Shown here: in pieces, positions 20,618-30,553 of the stretch | How positions within the stretch are numbered: position 1 is the first letter of the stretch | Layout: each line of letters starts with the position of its first letter | From: a virus | Virus record (IMG/VR): IMGVR_UViG_3300031999_000009 | Coordinates: 19,274 to 83,273 of that record | DNA: 64,000 nucleotides | Strand: one strand, 5' to 3' | Notes under the pieces: generated by a model | Databases searched by the model: none | What the model was told of the DNA's origin: nothing | The model's input: the letters and a program-made list of their open reading frames with translations, nothing else | Translations under genes and position numbers: made by a program

Positions 20618-23600
20618 ATGGCTCGCATCCTCACGTCTGGCTTTGAGCTGTCAGGCACGGGAGGGTCTGGCGAGGGCTGGGGCTTCGCCCGCGCGAGCGA
20701 CAACGTCACGTCTGGGCGGCTCGGTGGTCGCTGTGCTGCGCTGTCCGGTTACAGTTCCGGTGTTGCTGGCGTGGTGGGGTCGAGTAACTCGTTCAACACC
20801 CAGGCGCAGGAGTTCTGGATTCGGTTCTACCTCTACGTCGACACGCTTCCAGGGCCAGGCGGCTTGCGCATCCTCGGCGGCTTCGGCTCTGGCGATCCCG
20901 GATCTGAGCATGCTTGGTATTTGGTGCTGACTTCCGCCGGAAGGCTGGATGGCTACAACGACGGCGCTGACGTGCGCACCAAGATCGGAACAGGCTCGTC
21001 CGTGCTCAGCGTTGGCCGGTGGTATCGGATCAACGTCCACGTCCGATTCAGGGATCGGGTCGGGAACAACTCCAACAATCTGTCAGTGACGATTGACGGC
21101 GGGCTCGACTGGAGTGTTTCTACTACTGGCGCCCTGAGTGGCGGGTTGAACTTCTGGACGGTGAACCAGGACACTTCAACCGCTTCCACGTTCGGCACCG
21201 GGCTGTCGATCAACCCATTCAACGCCACGGACGCAGAACGCGACGGCGGCTTCGTGCTGATCGACGATCTCGTTGCTGACAACGCTTTCATTCCGGGCGC
21301 TGGTGGCGTCACGCTCTTGCATGTGACGGGGCAGGGCACCGACAACGCCTGGACGACATCTGGAGACTGGCGAAACGTGGTGGCGGCTCCTCCACGCAAG
21401 GGCCAGAACCTGTCGAATAGCACAGCGTCTGCGTTGGCGACGACTTTCACCATCGAAAGTATGGCCAGCAAAGGCTTGGCTGGCGTCACGATCAAGTCCG
21501 CTCGCCTACTTCTGGCTGGGCGACCTATCCGGGCTAACTGGAGCTATCGACTTCGAAGGAACGGCGCGGTAATTGACAGTCCGCTGACTGGCGCCGGCAT
21601 TGAAGGTTGGTTCACGAAGTCGCCCGGTGATATTGGGAGTGGCACGAGCGGTTGGTTTCTCGACGTCGGCACGGTCCCGCTGTCCACGACAGACGTGCTT
21701 GAGATTGGCGTCGTTGACGGACCCGCCGGCGCTGGCACCTCGTTTCTTTACGGCGCCTACCTGGTGGTCGATTGGGAGGGCGCCGACCCGGCAACGTCCG
21801 TGCTGAACGGCACAATCAAAACCGTGTCCGGAACCTACGTGGGCAACGGCACGTCGCAGCTCGTTGCGTTCGCCGATCCTACGTTCAAGCCCACGCTGTT
21901 GTTCATTGCCGGCGACAATAACGGGGCCGGCGACCGGGTCATCTGGTGCGATGGCTGGGGCGCGGAGGGCGACGGCGCCGTGCGCTGGTCCACTTCAGAT
22001 TCCTCGGTTGCCGATCTTGTGCGCGCGACGACCGGCAGCTTCAGTGTCAAGGGTGCATCGAACTCACTCAACCAGTCCGCCGAGACGTATCGGTATTTCG
22101 CTGTTCGCGATGAAGCCGGACGGTTCACGCGGAGCGGCATGCGCGCGGTGAACGTCTTCGGTGGCACTGGCGACAATTGGAACGTGCCGCTTAATGTCGG
22201 GCTTGTGGCCCCGTCGTTCCGTGTGGATGCCCTGCTGGCTTATGGACAGTTTTTCGGAGTGTCCAACCAGGTGCTCTACCGAGACACATTCTACACAGGC
22301 GATTCGTCGTCGGTGATGGCGACAAACACCTCGCCTGTAGCTGACGGAATCCAATCGCTCGGCATCAACACGTTCCAGATGGGCAAGCTCCACACGGTCG
22401 GTGGCAGCACAGACACCACGGCCTGGCTCGCCATGAGCAACCAGGCGAGCTTGTTCACGCTGCGTCGCTTGTTGACGGTCGGAACCTACACAGGAGACGG
22501 CTCCGGCGCTCGCGTGATTCCAGTCGCCGGCTTGGATGTAAATCCGTCCTTCCTGTTCGTGGTCCCAGAAAGCGCCGGGCTGCGCTACTACCGTTTCTTC
22601 GCCGATGGCGCTGGCGCGAACTCTCGTGACTGGATCGCCGGCAACGCCGTCGCCACCGCCATCACCGCGTTCGATACGGTGGCGCAGTTCAGCGTGTCGT
22701 CGACGCTGAACGTCGCAGGCACGGTGTATCACTACGTGATGTTCGGCGAGGGCGATGACCCCAGCGGCGTCCCGCCAGAGGGGTTGTGGCACGAATTCCT
22801 CGTGTGTGGTCACGCGGTGAAGGCGGTCGAGTCCTGGTATATCGGCGGTGTGCGCCAAGAGGTCGCGAGCGCGGAAGGCAGCCCCACGGACGCCTATTTC
22901 CTTGTGCCGGGCTATTCCGCGTGGAACGTGGCATTCCCCGGTGTGACCACCGTGACGCGAAACGGTCGGCGTTACACCGTGATCTACCTGAAGGAAGGCG
23001 GCACGAGCCCACTCGACGTGGAGGCGATCCGCGCGGGCGATACTCCGCTCACAGTGAACGTCCAAGGCATTGAGGACGTGGGCGACGGTAGCGGCGCGCT
23101 CGTGACCAACGCCATGGCGGCCTACCGGCACGCGATGCAGAACTGGGTCTTGGGAAACTACCAGGCTGGAAGCTGGCTCGCTTCGCCGACGTTTCCAGAC
23201 TCAGAGCTCGTCTCCATGATCGACGAGGTGAGCTTCACGGTCGCTGACGAAGCCGCACAACTGCGCCTTCCTGGTGGCTACGTGGTCGCCGGCGCGGTGG
23301 GGTTCGACGGCAACTTCGTCAGCGTTCGTGACTTCGTGCGGCAATTGAACGCGTCGTTCGATGTCGACTCTGGCCTGAACAGACGTTGCCAGTTCTTCGT
23401 GTCGATGATCGACGATTCCGTCAGCGGACTGACGCCACAGCTTGAATTGAGCGACGTGGCTGATGTGCTGAGGGGGTCGTTCGAGGTTGACGACGACTTC
23501 GCTGCGCAGTTCAACATCATCCCGTATCGCCTGCGCCGCGAATACGTCTCAGGCGCGGACCCGGAGTGGCGTCTCTCCGCCGAGGCTCGGTCAGGGGAGT

Positions 23601-24052
23601 CGATCGCGAACTACGAGGGTGAGTTTTCGTTCCCCGTCATCGACATGCACATGACCCGCGATCCGGCCACGGCGGCCGACATCGCGACTCGGAAGCTTCT
23701 GCGTCACAAGGATCCGCCCCGACGCGTGAAGTTCCGACTGTCTGCCCCCGGCCTCAACCTCGAGATCGGAGACGTGCGCGCCTTGACACATTTCGGCGGG
23801 GTTGGCCCGGCAGGCTGGAGCCGTGTGCCGGTGAGAATTCACCAGCTGGCTGCCAATCTGGCCGATAATACCGTCTCTATCGAAGGCTACGATATGTCAC
23901 GCCTCTTCTCGACGGTCTTCATCCTGGGCGACGAAGGCACGTTGAACCCTGCGTGGACCACGGCGACACTGCCTGAACGCGTGTATGGTTACTTGGCGGA
24001 CGAGGTGACGGGTGATTTCAGCAACGGCGATCCGGGGAAGCGAGTGCGCTGA
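20618..24052 (+). CDS. Tail tip / receptor-binding protein paralog 3
   Basis: 1144 aa; MARI start; GLWHEFLVCGHA...PGKRVR C-terminus. Confidence 0.75.
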   Translation: MARILTSGFELSGTGGSGEGWGFARASDNVTSGRLGGRCAALSGYSSGVAGVVGSSNSFNTQAQEFWIRFYLYVDTLPGPGGLRILGGFGSGDPGSEHAWYLVLTSAGRLDGYNDGADVRTKIGTGSSVLSVGRWYRINVHVRFRDRVGNNSNNLSVTIDGGLDWSVSTTGALSGGLNFWTVNQDTSTASTFGTGLSINPFNATDAERDGGFVLIDDLVADNAFIPGAGGVTLLHVTGQGTDNAWTTSGDWRNVVAAPPRKGQNLSNSTASALATTFTIESMASKGLAGVTIKSARLLLAGRPIRANWSYRLRRNGAVIDSPLTGAGIEGWFTKSPGDIGSGTSGWFLDVGTVPLSTTDVLEIGVVDGPAGAGTSFLYGAYLVVDWEGADPATSVLNGTIKTVSGTYVGNGTSQLVAFADPTFKPTLLFIAGDNNGAGDRVIWCDGWGAEGDGAVRWSTSDSSVADLVRATTGSFSVKGASNSLNQSAETYRYFAVRDEAGRFTRSGMRAVNVFGGTGDNWNVPLNVGLVAPSFRVDALLAYGQFFGVSNQVLYRDTFYTGDSSSVMATNTSPVADGIQSLGINTFQMGKLHTVGGSTDTTAWLAMSNQASLFTLRRLLTVGTYTGDGSGARVIPVAGLDVNPSFLFVVPESAGLRYYRFFADGAGANSRDWIAGNAVATAITAFDTVAQFSVSSTLNVAGTVYHYVMFGEGDDPSGVPPEGLWHEFLVCGHAVKAVESWYIGGVRQEVASAEGSPTDAYFLVPGYSAWNVAFPGVTTVTRNGRRYTVIYLKEGGTSPLDVEAIRAGDTPLTVNVQGIEDVGDGSGALVTNAMAAYRHAMQNWVLGNYQAGSWLASPTFPDSELVSMIDEVSFTVADEAAQLRLPGGYVVAGAVGFDGNFVSVRDFVRQLNASFDVDSGLNRRCQFFVSMIDDSVSGLTPQLELSDVADVLRGSFEVDDDFAAQFNIIPYRLRREYVSGADPEWRLSAEARSGESIANYEGEFSFPVIDMHMTRDPATAADIATRKLLRHKDPPRRVKFRLSAPGLNLEIGDVRALTHFGGVGPAGWSRVPVRIHQLAANLADNTVSIEGYDMSRLFSTVFILGDEGTLNPAWTTATLPERVYGYLADEVTGDFSNGDPGKRVR

Positions 24053-24429
24053 TGGTTGTGTATGAGATCGCCGACGGAGCGGACGATGCCAGACGCGCCG
24101 TCCTTGAATCCCTGACGCCGATGCACCTCATTCACGGCTACCGCACGGTCGAGGAGCTCAGCGCGTTTCTGGACGCTGGCTTGGGCGACATGCGCCGCGC
24201 ACAATTGAACGCCCAAATCCCAGCCGACATGCCGATCGCCTTGACTCGGGTCTGGCTGTTCTACGTGGACCGCGCGGCGGTGGACGTGTGCGCACTGCGG
24301 ATGGCGCCTGGCGCCCGCTGCGAAGCGTGGGCCCAGCCGACTGGATGGACCGAATTCTACAAGCGCATCGACGAGCTTCGCGCGATGGCGCGCCGTTACG
24401 ATCCGGCATTCACGCCGGTTCACGCATGA
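24052..24429 (+). CDS. Hypothetical protein
   Basis: TGATG-coupled, 125 aa. Confidence 0.5.
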   Translation: MVVYEIADGADDARRAVLESLTPMHLIHGYRTVEELSAFLDAGLGDMRRAQLNAQIPADMPIALTRVWLFYVDRAAVDVCALRMAPGARCEAWAQPTGWTEFYKRIDELRAMARRYDPAFTPVHA

Positions 24430-24436
24430 GGGCACC

Positions 24437-24964
24437 ATGCCGCTGACCTGGAGTGTGATTTCCGCGTTCGTGCTGGACCAAGTGTTCGGCTACCAATCGG
24501 CCAACAAGTTCCGCGAGAACCTGATCATCTTGGCTGCGCGCCGTCCTGGTCGACACCTGGGTGGGTCGCGGTTCTATCCGAACAACCTTGCCATCTCGCT
24601 GCGTGGCCAGGTGCGGGCCAAGTCCTGCACGCTGGGCCCGAGCGACTGCTTCGACTACGTGGACGTCGAGATCGACGGCACGGACCAGGCTGGAATCACT
24701 TACCAAGCCGCGGTGCAGGTGCGTGTGGCAGATCCGCTGCAGAGCATCACGCCGAAGATTCGGAACGTCACGGCGGGGAGCGATGCTGGTGTCGGCGTGG
24801 CATGCACCGCCACGGCGCCAGACTATTCAGGCGCCAACCAGCAGCAAACGATCGCGTTGAACCTCGTCACGGGGTTGAACAAGTATCGGTTGCAGTTCAC
24901 CCAAGGCTCGGTCAGCTACGATACGTGGATGACCGGCGAAATCGAGAGCTTCGCCACCTTATAA
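24437..24964 (+). CDS. Putative minor tail protein
   Basis: 175 aa; N-terminal W...ANKFRENL pattern seen at the start of fibre/baseplate proteins. Confidence 0.45.
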   Translation: MPLTWSVISAFVLDQVFGYQSANKFRENLIILAARRPGRHLGGSRFYPNNLAISLRGQVRAKSCTLGPSDCFDYVDVEIDGTDQAGITYQAAVQVRVADPLQSITPKIRNVTAGSDAGVGVACTATAPDYSGANQQQTIALNLVTGLNKYRLQFTQGSVSYDTWMTGEIESFATL

Positions 24965-24974
24965 GGAGTAGACG

Positions 24975-25547
24975 ATGCCAGCACGCGATTACATGGAAAC
25001 GCTGATTACCGCCGGGACTGATGGCACAGCCCTGACGGCAGCAGCGAGAAACTCTGCGCTCCCAGCCGCGGCGATCGTCACGCTTCCGCCCAACTTCTTC
25101 GACTTCATTGGCAAACAGGTGCTGCTCAAGGCCAGCGGCAAGGTCAGCGTGGTCATCACCACGCCAGGCACGCTGCGGTTCGACGTGAACTTCCTCGATT
25201 CGGCCGCGGCGAACGCCATCGTGTCCGACACGGGGGCGATTCTGGGCAACATCGTGGCCAAGACGGACACGCCGTTTTATCTCGAATTGCTCTTGACCTG
25301 TCGCGCCATCGGCACCTCCGCGAACATCATGACCGGTGGCTACCTGTTCACAGCCGCGACGATCCTGACGGCGGCGATTGCGACTGGCCCTGGCCCCGGC
25401 GGCTCACTTTACCCGTGGAACGCGGCGCCCGTGGTCGGCGCGAACTTCAATTCGACGCTGGCGCAGCAAGTCGACCTCCGGTTCACGCAGACCGTGGCGA
25501 CCGGTTCGCTGACCCTCCAGCAGTATTCGCTGATCAGGATGAACTGA
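24975..25547 (+). CDS. Putative virion protein
   Basis: TAAGGAG RBS; 190 aa, Ala/Thr/Gly-rich. Confidence 0.5.
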   Translation: MPARDYMETLITAGTDGTALTAAARNSALPAAAIVTLPPNFFDFIGKQVLLKASGKVSVVITTPGTLRFDVNFLDSAAANAIVSDTGAILGNIVAKTDTPFYLELLLTCRAIGTSANIMTGGYLFTAATILTAAIATGPGPGGSLYPWNAAPVVGANFNSTLAQQVDLRFTQTVATGSLTLQQYSLIRMN

Positions 25548-25594
25548 GGCTTTCGCAGTAGTTTACGGATGTTCTCCTGTTCGCTAGGCTGGCC

Positions 25595-25603
25595 TGTTAG
25601 AAT
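25595..25603 (+). promoter_or_regulatory. Possible extended -10 promoter for the lysis cassette
   Basis: TG-T-TAGAAT in the intergenic gap, upstream of a GGAGG RBS. Confidence 0.35.
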
Positions 25604-25621
25604 CATCACTCGGAGGCTGAA

Positions 25622-25957
25622 ATGATTGAGCCACCGTCCACAAAGGAACCGATGTCCATAGAGTTCAATGTGCAGACGTTCCTGTCGGAAATGCGGAAGG
25701 AACTGCGCGAGGACCATCGTCTCTTGGTGGCCCGCGTGGACGATGGCTTCGCTGAAGTCACGGCGACCGCGCGCGCCGTCCGCGACGAGCTGGTCAACCA
25801 CACATCTGAGGACTACAGGACAGCGCAGGCGCTTGATATCCGCCTTCAGCCCATCGAATCAGCCCTGAAGAACGTCAAGTGGATGACGCGCACCATCGTC
25901 GCCGCCGTTGTTCTTGGCGCGATAGATTTGCTGTTCCATTGGAAGGGCACTCCGTGA
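25622..25957 (+). CDS. Holin/antiholin-like membrane protein
   Basis: Coiled-coil-like N-terminus plus one C-terminal hydrophobic helix; directly before the endolysin. Confidence 0.45.
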   Translation: MIEPPSTKEPMSIEFNVQTFLSEMRKELREDHRLLVARVDDGFAEVTATARAVRDELVNHTSEDYRTAQALDIRLQPIESALKNVKWMTRTIVAAVVLGAIDLLFHWKGTP

Positions 25958-26433
25958 CCTTCGATGGAGTGTTCGACAGATTGATCGGACATGAAGGCGG
26001 CTACGTCAACAACCCGAACGACCCAGGCGGGGAGACGAACTGGGGCATCAGCAAGCGAGCCTACCCGAACATCGACGTCAAGGCGCTCACGCGCGACGGC
26101 GCGAAAGTCATCTATCGGCGTGACTTCTGGGATCGCCTCAAGGCCGACGGGTTCCACGATGGCGTGGCCTACCAGCTCTTCGACTTCGCAGTCAATTCGG
26201 GTATCGAGACGGCCGTCCGCTACTTGCAACGCGCCGTTGGCGTGGCTGACGACGGACACTGGGGCCCCGCCAGTGCCGCCGCCGCGACGGCTTTGTCTGA
26301 GTCGGACACGATCATGCGGCTCAATGCCGAGCGTCTCGACTTCATGACCAAGCTCAAGAACTGGCCCGATGCCAGCCGTGGGTGGGTCCGTCGCATCGCT
26401 GGAAACTTGCGTTACGGCGCTGAGGACTCGTAG
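25954..26433 (+). CDS. Endolysin, glycoside hydrolase family 108
   Basis: HEGGYVNNPNDPGGETNWGIS catalytic motif, FDFAVNSG, and C-terminal RGWVRR peptidoglycan-binding motif. Confidence 0.92.
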   Translation: MTFDGVFDRLIGHEGGYVNNPNDPGGETNWGISKRAYPNIDVKALTRDGAKVIYRRDFWDRLKADGFHDGVAYQLFDFAVNSGIETAVRYLQRAVGVADDGHWGPASAAAATALSESDTIMRLNAERLDFMTKLKNWPDASRGWVRRIAGNLRYGAEDS

Positions 26434-26443
26434 ACTCAGCCTC

Positions 26444-26695
26444 ATGTCTGAGCAAGACCTCATGGCGTGGTTCGCCGCGCACCCTTTCATCCGGAACGAG
26501 CTTCTGTTGATCCTTGGGGCGGTCAGCGCCATCGCCAAGAAGGACTGGGAGTCGTTCAAGAAACACCAAGCGGGAGAGCCCACGGCGACGTTCAACTGGC
26601 GAGTGGCTGGTTGGCAATACCTTCAGGGCGTGATCATCGGCGGTGTGCCACCGATTGTCGCCGAAATCTGGCACATCCTCGGAGGCGTAGCGTGA
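26444..26695 (+). CDS. Putative holin
   Basis: 83 aa with two hydrophobic segments; follows the endolysin. Confidence 0.45.
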   Translation: MSEQDLMAWFAAHPFIRNELLLILGAVSAIAKKDWESFKKHQAGEPTATFNWRVAGWQYLQGVIIGGVPPIVAEIWHILGGVA

Positions 26696-27147
26696 AGCGA
26701 TTGATTCCTCTCCTGTTGGTGCTCAGCCTGGTCAGCGCGACTGCCTGCACGGCTGGGCGCGTCATCTCGGGCTCTGGCATCCCCGCTACGGTGAGCACTG
26801 AGGGCAAGCTGGCTATCCAGGCCCGCGCGGTGATTGCCGCGTCTGAGGGCGTCCTGGCGGCCACAGAAGCCGCCGTGAACGCGAAGCTGCTCACCCCCGC
26901 CCAGGGGCTTCCCGTCGCGCAGGCGACCCAGCAGGTCGGCAAAATGGGCGACCGGCTGGCCGTTGTGCTTCGCATCTACGAATCGGCGACTGGTGGTGCT
27001 CGCGCTCAGGCGGCCACTGAAGCCATCAAATTGTTGACCGACATGGCGGGGTCGATGACGTCCCTGCCCGATGCCGTCCGCGGCGTGGTCGCAGCGCCGC
27101 TCGCGTCCATGCTTGAGCTTGTGGCTGGCCTGAAGTCGGCCCTGTAG
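26692..27147 (+). CDS. Lipoprotein (possible spanin-like lysis protein)
   Basis: MKRLIPLLLVLSLVSATA-C lipobox-like signal; helical body. Confidence 0.55.
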   Translation: MKRLIPLLLVLSLVSATACTAGRVISGSGIPATVSTEGKLAIQARAVIAASEGVLAATEAAVNAKLLTPAQGLPVAQATQQVGKMGDRLAVVLRIYESATGGARAQAATEAIKLLTDMAGSMTSLPDAVRGVVAAPLASMLELVAGLKSAL

Positions 27148-27154
27148 GAGACAC

Positions 27155-27412
27155 ATGCCTGACATCGACGCAATTCTCGGCGCAGCGTCCGCAGCTTCGC
27201 CCCTCATAGGGATGGTGCCGATCGTCGGCCAAGCCCTGCCACTGGCGCTTCAGATCATCGGGCTCTACCGCAAGACGCGCGACGGCATCGAGGCGATGAA
27301 TCCTGGCACGTCCGGCATGATGACGGATGCCGAGCTCTTCGACGCACTCCAGAAGGATTCTCAAGCGCTCGAGGCGCACTCAGCCGCGCTGATCGCCAAG
27401 TGGTCTGCTTGA
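27155..27412 (+). CDS. Hypothetical membrane-associated protein
   Basis: AGGAG RBS; 85 aa. Confidence 0.5.
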   Translation: MPDIDAILGAASAASPLIGMVPIVGQALPLALQIIGLYRKTRDGIEAMNPGTSGMMTDAELFDALQKDSQALEAHSAALIAKWSA

Positions 27413-27429
27413 TCCTGTAGAATCGCAGG

Positions 27430-27897
27430 ATGCGAAAAATCCTGCTTCTACTCTTGCTACTGCCAGGGACGGCGGTTGCTCAGACGTCGTCGCCGGCACT
27501 TCCGAACAGTGTGGACGTGATGATCATTCCCGCCGTCGGCGACCCGGTCACGATACCGCCGATCGCCACCAGGAACACCGTCATCGCGGCGGCCACGAAC
27601 TGCAACCTGGCCGCCTCGCCGCCAGGTGGTGCTGGCACACTGGTGAATCCTACAATCGCAGAGTTCGACGATCCCTTCACCACCGGGCGCGTGTGCCGAG
27701 TGCCGTTGCCGACTGGACTCCCGGTTGGCAATGGATATCGCGGCGTGGCGGTCATGATCGCCAACACGTGCGACGTGGGTGGTGTGCCGACGGCGAATTG
27801 CCGCAGCCCGAGGTCTGCGGTGGCCATTCCCCCTTTCAACGTGCAGCTGATCCTAACGGCCCCTGCGTCCCCGACCAATCTGGGAATCAGACCGTAA
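27430..27897 (+). CDS. Secreted protein with signal peptide
   Basis: MRKILLLLLLLPGTAVA-Q; four Cys; C-terminal PASPTNL. Confidence 0.6.
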   Translation: MRKILLLLLLLPGTAVAQTSSPALPNSVDVMIIPAVGDPVTIPPIATRNTVIAAATNCNLAASPPGGAGTLVNPTIAEFDDPFTTGRVCRVPLPTGLPVGNGYRGVAVMIANTCDVGGVPTANCRSPRSAVAIPPFNVQLILTAPASPTNLGIRP

Positions 27898-28309
27898 AGT
27901 TGGTCGTCGGTGACTGGACGCGCGTCGCGGCGCCGGGCAACAATGGCCGCGTCACCTACAGTCTTCTGACGAGCACGAGCGCCGTGATTGAGTTGATCGT
28001 GAAGCTCGACGGCGTTCAACAGGATCGGTTGACAGGCTCTGACCTGCGGAAAGTGGCCGGCTCATACTTCCAGCTTCCGCTCCGTCGTGGAAGCTACGCG
28101 CTCACCGTGGAAGCCAAGGATGGCATCTGCACGGACGGCTCGACTCGACCGATGACGGTGGTCGTGCAGTGATCTCGTTCGCCGCTGGTATGCTGGTGGT
28201 TGCGCTCGCGTTCTTCGTGTGGGATCGTAGATTCCGTCACCGGCGCTCGTCTGGCCCGCACGAGACGCTGATTATTCACATCGGGCCAGTTTCAGAACAG
28301 GAGCGTTAG

Positions 28310-28624
28310 ATGTTGATTCTCACAGACACGCAGAAGTGCTCGCTTGCGGTCGAGCCGCGCAACTCCAAGGGCAATCTCGCCCCCGTTGACGGTGTTCCGC
28401 AGTGGTCGTCGTCGAACCCCGCCGTGGCTGACGTGCAGCCGTCGGCGGACGGCCTCACCGCCGTGGTGGTGGCTGGCGCGACGGGCAGCACGCAGATCAG
28501 CGCGACGGTGGATGCGGACCTGGGCACCGGCGTGCGCAGCATCAACGCTGTGCTCGATGTCACGGTTGCGGCGAGCGAAGCCGTGACGCTCGGCATCTCG
28601 GCTGGCGTTCCCGAGGCTCAGTAA
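28310..28624 (+). CDS. Ig-like (Big_2) domain protein
   Basis: WSSSNPAVADV...G.TQISAT motif; AGGAG RBS. Confidence 0.7.
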   Translation: MLILTDTQKCSLAVEPRNSKGNLAPVDGVPQWSSSNPAVADVQPSADGLTAVVVAGATGSTQISATVDADLGTGVRSINAVLDVTVAASEAVTLGISAGVPEAQ

Positions 28625-29004
28625 GACGGCATCGGGAGAGGCTGCATCCGGCAGAAGGGGGCCAAGCGGCCCGCTGGGACTGCCGGGCCCCATGCAGTCT
28701 CTCTCGTGCTAAGCTGGCGACTTTGGTGACGGAGGAGGAAACGACGATGGAAGATACGCTTCAAGGATTGTCCTATCTGCCGGATGTGTCCGGTCGCCGC
28801 TTTGGCACGGTCGACTTCGGCTATGACCGCATCAACAAACTCCGCGAGGAATACACCGCGCTCCTGGCGCTGGCGTCGTTGGTGTTGGGCGCACCGCCCG
28901 AGTCGTTGACGGCCGTCCAGATCGCCAACTGCATCGGACTCCTGCAGTCCGGCGCCCTTGTGATTTCCCGCCCGTAAAAGAATTCCAGAATTCTTCCGTG
29001 CGCC

Positions 29005-29033
29005 TTGACTTCTGCCAGGATTGATAGTATCAT
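29005..29033 (+). promoter_or_regulatory. Early promoter P1 (TTGACT-N17-TATCAT)
   Basis: sigma70-like hexamers with 17-bp spacing; one of eight copies; AT-rich upstream element. Confidence 0.85.
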
Positions 29034-29231
29034 CGTCCTAGATGAAGCACGTCCAATGACGGACGGCTAGGAGGTGCCACATGGGAAAGCGCAGCGAGGT
29101 TTGCGCCTGCGGCGTGAAGGTCAAGGTTCATGCGCGTCGCAGCCGCCGGAATCAGCTCCCCGGCGTGAAGACCGATCGGTTCGGCGTTCCCCGTCCTGGT
29201 GCTGGTCGCCGCGTGAAGAAGGAGGTCGCTC

Positions 29232-29492
29232 GTGGCTGACGACATGTCGGCGCGGCTCCTGGCCGCCGTTCACAAGCTGGAGGAGATCGCCCAGTCTCCG
29301 TCAGACCCGTTTCTTGACGCCGCCTTCAGGGAAGAGGCGACGCGCGTCCTGGCTCCGTTCTTCCATGTCGAACTCGATGCCGCCACTGGCGAGTGGGGCA
29401 CGCGGATGGACGTCGAATTCCAGAAAGCCTATGAACAGCAGGTTATCTACCCGGAATTGCTCAAGACCTTCTCGTCGAAGGTGAAGCATTGA
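29232..29492 (+). CDS. Hypothetical protein
   Basis: AGGAGG RBS, GTG start. Confidence 0.5.
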   Translation: MADDMSARLLAAVHKLEEIAQSPSDPFLDAAFREEATRVLAPFFHVELDAATGEWGTRMDVEFQKAYEQQVIYPELLKTFSSKVKH

Positions 29493-29839
29493 GAGTCGGG
29501 TTCACGGGCACACGCGCGGGCATGTCGTCGAAGCAACTCGATGCGTTCGCCGCCGTCTTGAAAACCTATGCGATTGACGAATTCCACCACGGAGGCGCGC
29601 GTGGCGCTGACACCGAGGCGGATGCGGCCGTGAAGCTGATCGCCCCGCTTGCCGCTGTTCACGTGCTCAGGCCCAAGGGCCGCGGCGACGAGTTGGCTCG
29701 GAATCGCGTAATCGTGTCGCGCGTCGATGTGCTGATCGCGGCGCCACTTCAGGACGAGGAAATCACGCGAAGTGGCACGTGGGCCACGATTCGCTACGCA
29801 CGGGCGGCTGGAAAGCCCGTGATTCAGTTGCCGCGATGA
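29489..29839 (+). CDS. SLOG-superfamily (YspA/DprA-like) protein
   Basis: GFTGTR...HHGGARGAD...ARNRVIV...SGTWATIRYARAAGKPV. Confidence 0.75.
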   Translation: MRVGFTGTRAGMSSKQLDAFAAVLKTYAIDEFHHGGARGADTEADAAVKLIAPLAAVHVLRPKGRGDELARNRVIVSRVDVLIAAPLQDEEITRSGTWATIRYARAAGKPVIQLPR

Positions 29840-30279
29840 CGATTCTGCCGACACATACGTGCTTCGACGACGCTATGGAGGTCGTCAACTTGCTGCTGAA
29901 GGAGGGCGACGCCGGTCGTATCGACAAGGCCAGGCTGGTGCATGGGATCTGCCTCGCGCCAGACGGCCCACTGGCCGGCACGCCGTTCGCGCACGCTTGG
30001 GTAGAAGACGGCACCGCGTGTATCCAAGCCGGCATGCTGAACGGCGAAAAGGTGTTCTTCGGCGTTGAGCGGGAAGAGTATTTGCGCTCCATGCGCGTGC
30101 AGGCGAGCACGTCGTATACGCTCTTGGAGGCGTGCGTGCAGAACCTCGCGAGTTTCCACTTTGGGCCGTGGGAACCTGCATATCTGGCCATCATTCGTCC
30201 AGGCGATCGGACGATTTTCTCGGAGGACGACCATGGGCGCGACGGCGGGAGCGAACAAGGACCGGAAGCTGCTTCTTGA
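29836..30279 (+). CDS. Hypothetical protein (Cys...HAWVE; possible transglutaminase/papain-like fold)
   Basis: CFDDA...LVHG...HAWVE motifs. Confidence 0.4.
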   Translation: MTILPTHTCFDDAMEVVNLLLKEGDAGRIDKARLVHGICLAPDGPLAGTPFAHAWVEDGTACIQAGMLNGEKVFFGVEREEYLRSMRVQASTSYTLLEACVQNLASFHFGPWEPAYLAIIRPGDRTIFSEDDHGRDGGSEQGPEAAS

Positions 30280-30553
30280 GAAGCGGCGCCTGATTCGGTG
30301 CGGCCACTGCCGTTACCATCGGGTCGAGAACCAGGGTCGACAGGCCAGGCCGGATCGCTACAAGGACCGGAGGCGCACGTGAGGTTGCGCTACTGCACGA
30401 ACTGCGGCGCAGACACGCGGTGGCCTCGGTGGTGCGGTGACTGTTGGCGCATGGTGTGGAAAACCGTGCTGGTGCAACTGGTGGCCGCAGCGGTCACGTG
30501 GTTGGTTGGTCGCTGATTCTGAATAATTATTCACGAATTCGCGTCTGCTGCCG

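Noticed and set aside
12801-24052. Diversity-generating retroelement or invertible shufflon acting on the tail genes
   Set aside because: No reverse transcriptase or invertase is in the window, all paralogs are co-oriented and full length, and no adenine-specific TR/VR pair was noticed.
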